64,000 nucleotides of DNA from a virus: the IMG/VR virus record IMGVR_UViG_3300020045_002218, positions 1-64,000 of that record. One strand, written 5' to 3'. The notes beneath the pieces are model-generated. The model saw nothing but the letters and a program-made list of their open reading frames with translations. It ran no database searches and was not told the origin of the DNA. How positions within the stretch are numbered: position 1 is the stretch's first letter; the number at the start of each line of letters is the position of its first letter. A program made the translations under genes and the position numbers. Of the stretch, positions 46,351-55,300 are shown piece after piece.

Positions 46351-46769
46351 CTTATTTTCCTTTCTTAATAGTTACTGGTTTAAATTCTCTACAACTTGGT
46401 GACACAGAAGAGTTATTATTCAAAAATAAATAACATACTCGTTTAACTCCTGTATCACCTAATGTTTTAAAGAATGTGCATTCATTACAAGTTTGTTTCT
46501 TCACTCTTATCCTTATCTAATTTAGATCTTGCAAACCAAGCTTGTTCTGCTGAGCCTTCATCTAAATCATAATTACCCTCACAATCAAACCATTCTTTAA
46601 ATAGCTTTAATTCTTTTGATTCTTGTTCTGTCATAATTAACCTACTAAAAATGTTTGTTGATATTCATCTAATACAAGAAGAAATTTTCTATATTCTTCT
46701 TTAAGTAAAAGATACTTTCTTTCAATTTCTAAAAGTTCTTGATGTACTTCAACTGGTATTTCTATCATT

Positions 46770-46982
46770 TCATTTGATTTCATTTTGAGATCCCTTTATT
46801 AAGTCAAATCTAAAACATGTAGTTTCATTAGCATATCTTGGCTCACTACTATGTTTACATTTATTTAATGATGTAATATTTGATTGAAAGAACTCACAAT
46901 CTTTACATAAAAAAGTTCTTTCAAGTTTACGTTGTATATTTCTCTTCTTATTTAAGAGTCTACTTTTTTTACCTTTACTCAT
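46770..46982 (-). CDS. Small basic Cys-rich protein
   Basis: CKDC..CKH..C; start set at MSKGKK. Confidence 0.5.
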   Translation of the reverse strand: MSKGKKSRLLNKKRNIQRKLERTFLCKDCEFFQSNITSLNKCKHSSEPRYANETTCFRFDLIKGSQNEIK

Positions 46983-47026
46983 AAAAGCACCTTTTATTTT
47001 TGGTAATTTAGTGGGCGTAGACCCCA

Positions 47027-47644
47027 TTAAGTTATCTCAATAACTGCATCTCTTGATAGTCCAGATCTACTCTTTACAATTTGAGCAGTCATTTTTGATC
47101 CTGTTCTGTTGAAGATAAACCCACTTGAACATTGTTCTTCTAATGCTCTTGCACCATAGAAATGTTGCTCTGCTGATTTTAGTTGCTTGTTCTTGTATAC
47201 ATGATGAACTAAGATGATAGTACATTGTGTTTTCGTTACAATAGCTTTTAAGCTATTAATGATATTAAGAACATCTGCATTGTTATCCGTATCCTTATTC
47301 ATAAATGAAGCCATCATCTTAAATGAATCAATAATGATAATTGTACTTGGTTCACTGTCTTGTCTTAATGTACTGAAGAAGTCTTCATACTCTTCTTCAT
47401 TTACAGGAACATTATACATTTCCTTATCATAGCAAGGAGCAGAATCAAAATTAAAGTGTACAATTTCGTACCCTTCTTTTCTCCATTCTTCAGATTTATT
47501 GTGTAAGAATGTGGTCTTTCCTGTACCTGCCAACGAAGCAATTACATTTATGTCTGCTTTGATAAACAGCTTATCCTTATCTAAACACGTTACTGGTTTC
47601 AAGATACACTTCCCATATTTAGTTTCAACTGTTGGAATTAACAT
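47027..47644 (-). CDS. RecA-fold AAA_25/RepA-like (SF4-related) P-loop ATPase
   Basis: ASLAGTGKT Walker A; IIIIDSF Walker B; IILVHH; YGARAL; VKSR; SD AAGGA before ATG 47644. Confidence 0.7.
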   Translation of the reverse strand: MLIPTVETKYGKCILKPVTCLDKDKLFIKADINVIASLAGTGKTTFLHNKSEEWRKEGYEIVHFNFDSAPCYDKEMYNVPVNEEEYEDFFSTLRQDSEPSTIIIIDSFKMMASFMNKDTDNNADVLNIINSLKAIVTKTQCTIILVHHVYKNKQLKSAEQHFYGARALEEQCSSGFIFNRTGSKMTAQIVKSRSGLSRDAVIEIT

Positions 47645-47783
47645 TAGTTTCCTTAGAGCATAAAAAAACCTCAATAACTGTGAGTAGTGGTCACACCTAA
47701 AGAGGTTTAAAAGGATCACCTTTTGAGCTAAGTTCCCACTACGGACATACTTCAAAAGAAGATAGAATTTTAGTGGTTGTAAC

Positions 47784-47829
47784 TAGAATTCTTCAGAAGA
47801 ATTCTAACATTTTTGTTAAGAAAAAGCAA
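47784..47829 (-). promoter_or_regulatory. Sigma70-like promoter with palindromic operator
   Basis: TTGCTT-17 nt-TAGAAT; the -10 box lies in an 11-bp perfect inverted repeat TAGAATTCTTC-A-GAAGAATTCTA. Confidence 0.65.
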
Positions 47830-47874
47830 TAGTTATTTTTATTTATGGGTGAATAGCGGTGGAACACCGCATTA

Positions 47875-48306
47875 TTAAGATATTCCTATAAATACTGTTT
47901 TAGCTTTTGAATGCTGAGTAATTAAACCATGCGTATTAAAGTCGTTGAAGGTATATAGCTTATTAACCTCTAAGATGGTTTCTTGTTCTTCTTTCCATAA
48001 AATAATGTTTGATGAACATTTGATGGGTATTAGTATACATCTCTTAGATACACCATCTGTATGACTATCAATTGTACCTTCTATAATTAGTATTTGTATT
48101 GATAAATCTGTTTTATAAAGGTGATTTGGGATAGCTTTTAAAACTTCTTCTTGATAAGGTAACATTACAGGGTAATCATTTACAAAATATTGTTTACCTA
48201 TACCATTAAAATAAAATGTATTTGATGCAACATTAGGTAAAGCTTTAACCAAGGTTAAGAATTTAGATATGTTTATTTTCTTTTTTAACTCATATTTTCT
48301 TATCAT
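47875..48306 (-). CDS. Putative 2OG-Fe(II)/DSBH oxygenase-like protein
   Basis: HTD...ILIPI...FNDFNTHG (HxD...H). Confidence 0.5.
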   Translation of the reverse strand: MIRKYELKKKINISKFLTLVKALPNVASNTFYFNGIGKQYFVNDYPVMLPYQEEVLKAIPNHLYKTDLSIQILIIEGTIDSHTDGVSKRCILIPIKCSSNIILWKEEQETILEVNKLYTFNDFNTHGLITQHSKAKTVFIGIS

Positions 48307-48375
48307 AATCTTTAGGTATCTTATAGTATGTTTTTGGTAAAAATGACTTTTTAACCTTTAGGTTTAGAAAAAATA

Positions 48376-48405
48376 AGAACTTCCTACAATTAAGTAAGAA
48401 GTTCT
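48376..48405 (-). terminator. Terminator hairpin after RNAP2
   Basis: AGAACTTC..TAC-AATTAA-GTA..GAAGTTCT with T-rich tail on -. Confidence 0.6.
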
Positions 48406-48411
48406 ATTTTA

Positions 48412-49419
48412 CTAGCTGATAAAATATTCAGCGTCTCTTATTTTACCTTCTAATGAGGTGTCGTATTGTTTATATTTGATTGGTCTACCTAGAAGTTCTG
48501 AGATGATGTTAGACAAGTAATTCATCTTATAGAGTTCTATGCAAATATCTAAGTAGTGTTGTCTCATTGTATGTACATTATTTGGATGACAATAGAATGC
48601 GTCATGAATGGTTAATATATTAAAACCACTCTTATAACATCTTCTAGTAAGTTCTCTACTAATACAAGCATCGCAACTTTGCACAACATTTGCAATGATA
48701 GGTATAGCATAATCAGTACATACACCTTGTTTCATGTACTCATAAGTGAATGAACTCTTAGTTCCATGAATATCTCTAATACGGAGTGATGTATTCTCTG
48801 CTTCATGAGCTAATACTCTAGCAGTATGACCATCCCATAACGTCCATTGATATTCTCCTTTCTTAGGATTCCAAGCAGACTTTAAGTCTTTAGCAATCTC
48901 AATAGTACAAGGAACTATTTCTTGTTGTGCAGCATAAAACTGTGTTAGTTCTGGAGTACCTTCACCAAACAATTCTTTTGGTATTCTTGTAGAACCATAG
49001 ATTCCTCCTTTCATTAAAGCTGATTTAGCATCATCTCTAGCTACCTGAATTTCAGTATCTAAATGATTATTCATCTCTTGAGTAAGATTAGCATATACAT
49101 CTTGTACTTTACCTGTGTTAATTAGATTGGTTTGAATAAGAGTTTTCTCACATCCGACTAACAAACCAGCAATACTGATACCTGAAGCACTAGCATCAAG
49201 ACCCATAATGAAGTTCGTTGGTTTACCAGCTTGAACTAAACGTAGTGCATTAACTGCCTTTGCAAATAATAAGCTTTTCTTTGCAATACCAATTCCATCC
49301 TCTAAGTAAGGCATATTGTCTTTTGTCCATTCTACACGCTCTTCCCATGTACATTTATCATGTCCAAACTGTGAAGCCACATCTATCAACAAATACTCAT
49401 AAGGTGTAATCTTTTGCAT
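48412..49419 (-). CDS. RNA polymerase II subunit 2 (N4 gp16-like)
   Basis: YLLIDVASQFGHDK; GLDASASG (A); RDDAKSALMKGGIYG (B); TIHDAFYCHPN (C). Confidence 0.92.
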   Translation of the reverse strand: MQKITPYEYLLIDVASQFGHDKCTWEERVEWTKDNMPYLEDGIGIAKKSLLFAKAVNALRLVQAGKPTNFIMGLDASASGISIAGLLVGCEKTLIQTNLINTGKVQDVYANLTQEMNNHLDTEIQVARDDAKSALMKGGIYGSTRIPKELFGEGTPELTQFYAAQQEIVPCTIEIAKDLKSAWNPKKGEYQWTLWDGHTARVLAHEAENTSLRIRDIHGTKSSFTYEYMKQGVCTDYAIPIIANVVQSCDACISRELTRRCYKSGFNILTIHDAFYCHPNNVHTMRQHYLDICIELYKMNYLSNIISELLGRPIKYKQYDTSLEGKIRDAEYFIS

Positions 49420-49424
49420 AACCT

Positions 49425-50054
49425 TTACTCCACTAAATGAATTGTATTAGCTCTTTCAATCAGAGCATTCTTTAAACGTAAATCAGTTTGTTCTTCAGCT
49501 ATCTCTTTGATTAGGTTAGCTTTATATGTGCAGTAAGCTTCATGTGCTTCTTGTTCTATAACATACCTTCCTAAGTTAATGTCTTTATATCCGTTACTAC
49601 ACTGTGCTTTAAATTTTCCTGAAGCTTTTTCAAAGCTAACACCTAACTTGTACTTTCCTCGTCTACATTTAGATACATTACAAAGCTTATTTAATTTTTG
49701 TGAAACAAAGATACATGTATTAGGCGAATACTCTTTATTACCCTTTACTAATAAATCTTTATCTAACTGTTTGTTCTGCCAGTCTTGTGTTTGCATCCAT
49801 TTCTTAAAATTAGAGAATACTAACCATTCATTACAAACAGAACATCCTATATATGTAGGGTATTTATCTAACCATTCCTGTGCATAACACCTTTGTAACA
49901 TACTTTGCCACACTTTATAGTATGGACAAGTTACTTGTTTATCTTTTCTTGGTACTACTTGATAAGTAGCATCATTAGTACCAACACCATAGACAGGTTT
50001 ACGCATTGCTAAGCTTAATTTATTAACTGGTATCTCTTTAAATTCGTTAATCAT
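49425..50054 (-). CDS. Free-standing HNH (AP2-associated) homing endonuclease
   Basis: VYGVG.ND; WQSMLQRCY; CSVCNEW..FSNF; LDKDLL..NKEYSPNTC; AP2-like GV...INLGRY..EAHEAY. Confidence 0.85.
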   Translation of the reverse strand: MINEFKEIPVNKLSLAMRKPVYGVGTNDATYQVVPRKDKQVTCPYYKVWQSMLQRCYAQEWLDKYPTYIGCSVCNEWLVFSNFKKWMQTQDWQNKQLDKDLLVKGNKEYSPNTCIFVSQKLNKLCNVSKCRRGKYKLGVSFEKASGKFKAQCSNGYKDINLGRYVIEQEAHEAYCTYKANLIKEIAEEQTDLRLKNALIERANTIHLVE

Positions 50055-50183
50055 TTTATTTATTCCATAAAAAAAGACGTACTTCAAACAGGGTGGAATT
50101 AGCAGAATATTGAGCTACCCATTTGAATACGTCTTTGTTTAAATACTCTTTTATGTGATTCCACTCACATGCTTATTGTATCA

Positions 50184-51107
50184 TTAATCTAATGCTATGT
50201 ACTCCTCTTTTGCTATGTTTATGACACTTTTATCATACTCGGATGATTGGTAGTTAATACTATATCCACTTGAATATAATCTACCTCTACTATCATAACG
50301 ATGTAGTAAATAGAACTTATCTGGAAGTTCATTATACAAAGAGTATGTTTCAGCTTTAGCTAATTCAAACTGATGTTTGATTTCTTCTAACTGAAGTACA
50401 GTTTTATCTTTGTACTCATCTTTCATCTTAAATTCTTTATCCCACTCTAATACGAATGAATCTAAAGATAATTCAATAGCATTTTGTATGTTTAATATAT
50501 CTAAAGATATTTTAAGATCATGATGATTATGTCTTTTCAAGACACAATGTTCTTTAAACGTTAAGAAACCGCAGTCATCATTACTAACAACTTTGTTTGG
50601 TTTACATAACATAGGTGGTAAGAATTTGGTTCTGTTTATAGCTTGTAATGTTATTGGTTCAAGTTTGTACACACTTCTAATACATAGTTCTTTAGAACTA
50701 TTATGGTAGATGTTATATAAGTCACTTGCACATAGTACAAATAAAATGTCTGCTGCTGTTTTAACACCGTCAATATCATCTAAGTATTTCAAAGAAGGGT
50801 ATATAGCTCCGCATACAGCTTGAATACTTTGACTATCTGAACTAAGACAAGCTATTAATACATCCATGACTAACTCATCACCATCAATAAATCCATTATA
50901 TAAATGATCTATCAAATGTGTTACTCTTGCTCCTCTTGAATAGAGATATTCTTTACTTAAGAAATCAGCAAGTAACTGTTTACATTGAGTAATCTTACCA
51001 TCAAGATTACGTTCAATGTCTTCCCTGACAAGTCTTCTAATATTCTTTTTATTAAAAGATTCCTCATTATGAATCTGTTCTAATCTGTCTAACATACTGT
51101 TCACCAA
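50184..51107 (-). CDS. RNA polymerase II subunit 1 (N4 gp15-like)
   Basis: FLPPMLCKP; FYLLHRYDSRGRLYSSGYSINYQ. Confidence 0.9.
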   Translation of the reverse strand: MVNSMLDRLEQIHNEESFNKKNIRRLVREDIERNLDGKITQCKQLLADFLSKEYLYSRGARVTHLIDHLYNGFIDGDELVMDVLIACLSSDSQSIQAVCGAIYPSLKYLDDIDGVKTAADILFVLCASDLYNIYHNSSKELCIRSVYKLEPITLQAINRTKFLPPMLCKPNKVVSNDDCGFLTFKEHCVLKRHNHHDLKISLDILNIQNAIELSLDSFVLEWDKEFKMKDEYKDKTVLQLEEIKHQFELAKAETYSLYNELPDKFYLLHRYDSRGRLYSSGYSINYQSSEYDKSVINIAKEEYIALD

Positions 51108-51250
51108 GATTTAGTTACACAACAAGCATCCATACTATTTTTGTAATAGTTATACCAATACTCTCTTGCTTCCAAGGTAGAGAATTCTTTAGTTGTTGGT
51201 TTAGATAATGGAGTCCAATATCTATATGTAATTGTGTACATGACTATCTC

Positions 51251-51589
51251 CTAAATACTTACATTAACATCTGCAATTGGGTATTTATGACAAGCTTCTA
51301 ATAATTTTTCAAGCCAAGGAATAAATTGTTTATATGTTCCCCAACCATTAGAAGCATCAAATTGTTTGAAATACTCAGGCTGATTCTTCATTACTACTAA
51401 AGCATTAGATATTAATTCAATGTAATCTTCAGCTTTTGTAATACCTTGTGTATGCCACAAAGCTTCGTAAATACCTGCTTTTTCAGCCATAGTATTTAAG
51501 TTATGTGTAATATTTGCACTGAATACTTCGTGTTGAATTATCTCTTTTCCTGTATTTAAAGGTAATGTAAACCATATATCTAAACTCAT
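51251..51589 (-). CDS. Conserved phage hypothetical protein
   Basis: NITHNLNTMAEKAGIYEALW..NGWGTY motif. Confidence 0.65.
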   Translation of the reverse strand: MSLDIWFTLPLNTGKEIIQHEVFSANITHNLNTMAEKAGIYEALWHTQGITKAEDYIELISNALVVMKNQPEYFKQFDASNGWGTYKQFIPWLEKLLEACHKYPIADVNVSI

Positions 51590-51731
51590 TTCACACCTCT
51601 TACATAATGAGCAATACCTGTCATATCAGATTCTTTTACTGCTTGTTGTCTATCACTCGTTGGTTTAGCAATTAAACCAGTACGAGAATTAATAACGTAG
51701 TACATAACACACCTCATGTTAAAGTTGATTA

Positions 51732-51750
51732 CCACCTCATAGAATGCCTT
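51732..51750 (-). promoter_or_regulatory. Phage-specific 19-bp promoter-like repeat, copy 1
   Basis: AAGGCATTCTATGAGGTGG upstream of SD GAGG and ATG. Confidence 0.6.
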
Positions 51751-51802
51751 TAAACCAAATAAAACAAGTAGTTAAAGGTAAAGGACTATCTTTAGCTTTG
51801 GG

Positions 51803-51830
51803 AGTAAAGTGGACGTAAGTCCACTTTACT
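51803..51830. promoter_or_regulatory. GTGG..CCAC hairpin motif, longest copy (candidate hairpin promoter)
   Basis: AGTAAAGTGGAC-GTAA-GTCCACTTTACT; related copies at 27894, 42587, 43920, 47011, 47856, 53512. Confidence 0.55.
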
Positions 51831-51845
51831 AATAAGAAAAACAAA

Positions 51846-51865
51846 GGACTCCATTTAAGGAGTCC
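51846..51865 (-). terminator. Intrinsic terminator
   Basis: GGACTCC-ATTTAA-GGAGTCC followed by TTTGTTTTT on -. Confidence 0.7.
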
Positions 51866-51872
51866 AATAGTT

Positions 51873-52229
51873 TTAGAAATTCAAGATGTCAGTAACATCA
51901 TCAATCGGAGTGGCATCACTGAATACAGCAGTACCTGCATGAATTGCAAGTAATGTAGATGCACTGTAACCTGATAAAATTCCAAGTACAACATCAGAAG
52001 GATTTCTGACAATTGCAAAAGCTTTACCATTCTTGTTTTTGCCTTCAACAACTTTTAATTTACGTTGTTTTTCAGGATCATTTAACGCAACAAGAACACG
52101 TTGAAATTGTGATTCATTGATGTGGTTACTTAATGAGAAGAATCCCAATTGATCACCTGATTCAGAATTAATAAATGCTTGTTTTACAGTTGAGTTAGTT
52201 ACTGCTGGAACTGTTTCTTGATATGCCAT
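51873..52229 (-). CDS. Early protein; possible N4 gp2-like ssDNA-binding RNAP II cofactor
   Basis: Size about 118 aa, early position upstream of RNAP II genes, AFIN..QLGFFSL; weak. Confidence 0.35.
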   Translation of the reverse strand: MAYQETVPAVTNSTVKQAFINSESGDQLGFFSLSNHINESQFQRVLVALNDPEKQRKLKVVEGKNKNGKAFAIVRNPSDVVLGILSGYSASTLLAIHAGTAVFSDATPIDDVTDILNF

Positions 52230-52266
52230 TGTAATCACCATAATTGTTATTGTGGACGGAATTGTC

Positions 52267-52285
52267 CTACTACATAAAATGCTTT
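52267..52285 (-). promoter_or_regulatory. 19-bp promoter-like repeat, copy 2
   Basis: AAAGCATTTTATGTAGTAG. Confidence 0.65.
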
Positions 52286-52692
52286 TAAAATTTGTAAACC
52301 AACAGTTAAATAAATAACTGCTGGTTCATGATTAAATTAAACCTAATTCTTTACATGCTTGAGTGTAAGCATTAGCTTCACGTTGCTTACGATCACGTTC
52401 TTCAGCTTCATAAGCTTTAAGAATCTCTTTTTGTTCACGAAAGAAGAGTCTACGATTTTCTTCACGCTCAGTTAATTCTTTTTTATACATTGACATGGAT
52501 ATTCTCCTAATCGTTGCTTAGAACGCATTTTCATGCGTATGAGAGGTATTCCCAAATAAAACCAATAACTAAGATTGATAGTAATAGCCAACCTTCTTTT
52601 GGAAATTTGGGTTTATCACATTGAATGATGAGATTTTTATTAAATTTATATGACATAAATACTCCTAAAGCACATCCATGTGCCATGTTAAG

Positions 52693-53223
52693 TTAATAAG
52701 AACAAGCTTCTATTTCACAAGCTTGTATTAATATATTCAAATCTGATTCCCAAGTAGGGTTAAACATATTAATAACTGGAATATCTTGTTGAATAGCTAA
52801 TCTAATAGCTTGACCAGTACCGCCAGTGTTATAGTCTGTTTTGGTTTCAGCTCCATCAGGAGTCCAACACAATACAAAGTCAACAGGTGATTTAAGATCA
52901 ACACCAAGAATTTGATGACAATTTCTAGCCATTAATTTTCTAGCACCTTGAGATAATCTATCCCAAGCTGGATGAAGTGATTTAGCTAATTCCATTGCTT
53001 CATTACTGACTGTTACAATGCCTGTAAAACAATCATTAAATCCCTTCCAAGGAATGAATTCAATTTTGTTAGTACAACCACCACTGAATGCTTTATCAGC
53101 ACCATCAGCAGCTCCTGAATACAATGTAAAACCAATTGACTCAAGTTCACCTGCTACATCAGACATAATAGCTAATATGTCTATTGGTGTTTTACGACTA
53201 CCAATTCCTGCATACGTTTTCAT
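52693..53223 (-). CDS. SLOG/DprA-like nucleotide-binding protein
   Basis: YAGIGSRKTP; SGAADGAD; LMARNCHQILG; GGTGQAIRLA. Confidence 0.85.
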   Translation of the reverse strand: MKTYAGIGSRKTPIDILAIMSDVAGELESIGFTLYSGAADGADKAFSGGCTNKIEFIPWKGFNDCFTGIVTVSNEAMELAKSLHPAWDRLSQGARKLMARNCHQILGVDLKSPVDFVLCWTPDGAETKTDYNTGGTGQAIRLAIQQDIPVINMFNPTWESDLNILIQACEIEACSY

Positions 53224-53250
53224 AACATATACTCCAAGTTAAGTTAATTT

Positions 53251-53269
53251 TCACTATATAGAATGCTTT
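53251..53269 (-). promoter_or_regulatory. 19-bp promoter-like repeat, copy 3
   Basis: AAAGCATTCTATATAGTGA upstream of SD GGAG. Confidence 0.65.
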
Positions 53270-53529
53270 TAAGATTGTATAAAGACTTGTTAAGAAGTAT
53301 TAGTAGTTACTTTCTAAGTCAGATATTTCTTCTTCAAGATCATAAACTTCATCTTTGAGTTGATTTATTTGTCGTTGAAGTGAAGGAATATCTAAGTTGT
53401 AAACATACTCTTTTAATTCTTCAAGAGTAAGAGAAGGAAGTTTAAGAACTTCATCAATGGTAAAATTTGAAGGTATCATAATAGTTCTATAAGATTGTTA
53501 GTAGTATCTTAGTGGACGTTAGTCCACAT

Positions 53530-54040
53530 TGTAATTAGTGTTTAGTGTAATTTTAGTTTTTTATTATTTGTAGATAGAATGTTAAATTGTATAAAATTTA
53601 CACAATAACAATATATAGACATATCCTGTATCTTGACTACTATATGTAGTATTAAGAGATAATATTTGTATAATATTTATACAATATAAATATTCTTCCT
53701 ATTAATAACTAAGGTTATTAGGACTAACTTATTGTTTTATATAACAACTAATAATTATATTGGTTCATTATTTTACTTTTACTCTAAAATATGGTATTAA
53801 TACTACATTGTATTTGTATCATTCAAACACAAAGCCTTTATGACTTATATGTATTTACAGATGAACCATAACTGATTGGACTCTCTATAAGGCTTTGAAC
53901 TGTTCTCATGATACAAACACAAAGTAGTATAAATACTTCAATTTAAGGATAGAGTTCTTTACTCAGACTATCTCTGCTGTGTGCTTTATGTGTAGCTTTA
54001 AAGCTTAAAGACTCAAACCAATTAAGGAATGAGTCTTTAT
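53530..54040. other. AT-rich non-coding region with large inverted repeats (candidate origin)
   Basis: ATTGTATAAAAT...ATTTTATACAAT (53585-53685); TTTGTATCAT..CAAAGCCTT...AAGGCTTTG..ATGATACAAA (53813-53917). Confidence 0.4.
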
Positions 54041-54043
54041 TGT

Positions 54044-54226
54044 TTAGAATGGATCTTGACCTTCATCAATTAATGTGATGTAACCATCAGATGTAAGAAC
54101 ACCTTTATATGGTTTTGGTTCATCTTCGAGTATTGCATCACAAGAGATGCAATGATGATAGTCATCAGCTGTTACAGTCTGAACTGTTTTACAAAGACGA
54201 CAAGTAACTTCAATTGTTTCACACAT
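54044..54226 (-). CDS. Small zinc-ribbon early protein
   Basis: CRLC...CISC; SD AGGAG before MCETIE. Confidence 0.65.
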   Translation of the reverse strand: MCETIEVTCRLCKTVQTVTADDYHHCISCDAILEDEPKPYKGVLTSDGYITLIDEGQDPF

Positions 54227-54261
54227 GGTAGTTCTCCTGATCAGGGAATAGACAACATTGT

Positions 54262-54280
54262 CTATTACATTAAATGCCTT
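54262..54280 (-). promoter_or_regulatory. 19-bp promoter-like repeat, copy 4
   Basis: AAGGCATTTAATGTAATAG. Confidence 0.65.
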
Positions 54281-54294
54281 AAAGAAAAAACATA

Positions 54295-54314
54295 AGCTAC
54301 TCCGAAGAGTAGCT
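54295..54314 (-). terminator. Intrinsic terminator with UUCG loop
   Basis: AGCTACTC-TTCG-GAGTAGCT then TATGTTTTT on -. Confidence 0.75.
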
Positions 54315-54498
54315 ATTTGTTTAGTCTTCAGAATGTTCCTCATTCCAAGTATTTAACCATTCATTACCATTTTCAAGTGATAACTCTTCTTCATCGTAAG
54401 AAACTACTTCAATAGTTCCATCTGGATTAACTAAGTAAGTCATTGTATTCACCTTTATTATTGTTATTAAAAGAGACTCATCCATGAGTCAATAAGAT

Positions 54499-54870
54499 TT
54501 AACCTTCGTTAGCTTTATCCAAGTCATTAAGCTTTGAATTAACCTTGCGTTGCATCTCGAAACATTGTTCAAGATAAGCATCAAGTTCAACATCAGACAT
54601 AGCTGAGATGTCCACTTTACCAAGTTTATCGGTAACACGAACAATTGCATCAAGTGATAGATTCAATGCAGCAGATTCAGCTTTCTGACGTTTAAGGATT
54701 GAATCCATTTCATTTGCACCATAAGCAAATGCACCATCAACCATGTCAATAGCATGTACAGTTGCTGATGCACCTTTACTGATAACTAAACCTGCTGCTG
54801 TTGTCACTTGAGGTAACAATGCAATAGATTGTGATGCAGCTTGTAACAGTTCTTTAGTGAATGCACTCAT
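54499..54870 (-). CDS. First early protein (hypothetical, helical)
   Basis: SD AGGAG before MSAFTKE; nearest gene to the inferred genome end. Confidence 0.65.
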   Translation of the reverse strand: MSAFTKELLQAASQSIALLPQVTTAAGLVISKGASATVHAIDMVDGAFAYGANEMDSILKRQKAESAALNLSLDAIVRVTDKLGKVDISAMSDVELDAYLEQCFEMQRKVNSKLNDLDKANEG

Positions 54871-54933
54871 TGTAATACTCCTAATAGGATTAACACCATG
54901 TTCATGACACATGATGAGACACATGAATTGTAT

Positions 54934-54952
54934 CTACTACATTGAATGCTCT
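54934..54952 (-). promoter_or_regulatory. 19-bp promoter-like repeat, copy 5
   Basis: AGAGCATTCAATGTAGTAG. Confidence 0.65.
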
Positions 54953-54959
54953 TCATATA

Positions 54960-55240
54960 TAGCTCTATATGCTACGAGAATGACGTATAAGCAACGATAA
55001 GACATAAGTAATGCAATCGTGTACGTTATGACTAATGGTGGGGTGTATATTCAAATATGGTATTCATAGACTCTATAGGGGGGGTATCTTAGGTTTGTGA
55101 CTGAACTGAGGTAGTGTAATGGATTAGTACATAAATTATGTAAATTCTTAAAACTTTTTGTTCCAAAAAATTTTCAATAGACTTATACACAATTTATATT
55201 TTTCTTGAAAAGTTTTTGTTTACCAAAAAATATTAAAATA
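54960..55240. other. Inferred genome terminus / terminal repeat junction
   Basis: Non-coding divergence point of early (-) and late (+) genes; G7 run at 55078-55084 and A/T tracts. Confidence 0.5.
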
Positions 55241-55241
55241 C

Positions 55242-55271
55242 TGGACTATCTCTTTCTCTTAGATTTATACT
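55242..55271 (+). promoter_or_regulatory. Putative sigma70-like late promoter
   Basis: TGGACT-18 nt-TATACT upstream of the endolysin. Confidence 0.4.
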
Positions 55272-55300
55272 ATTAGAAACCTAAACCATAAGAGATTGTT

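Noticed and set aside
24093-53242. Plus-strand ORFs inside middle genes (e.g. 45182-45718, 49579-49887) and the alternate-frame ORF 44664-44951
   Set aside because: Fully overlap well-supported - strand genes; no independent evidence
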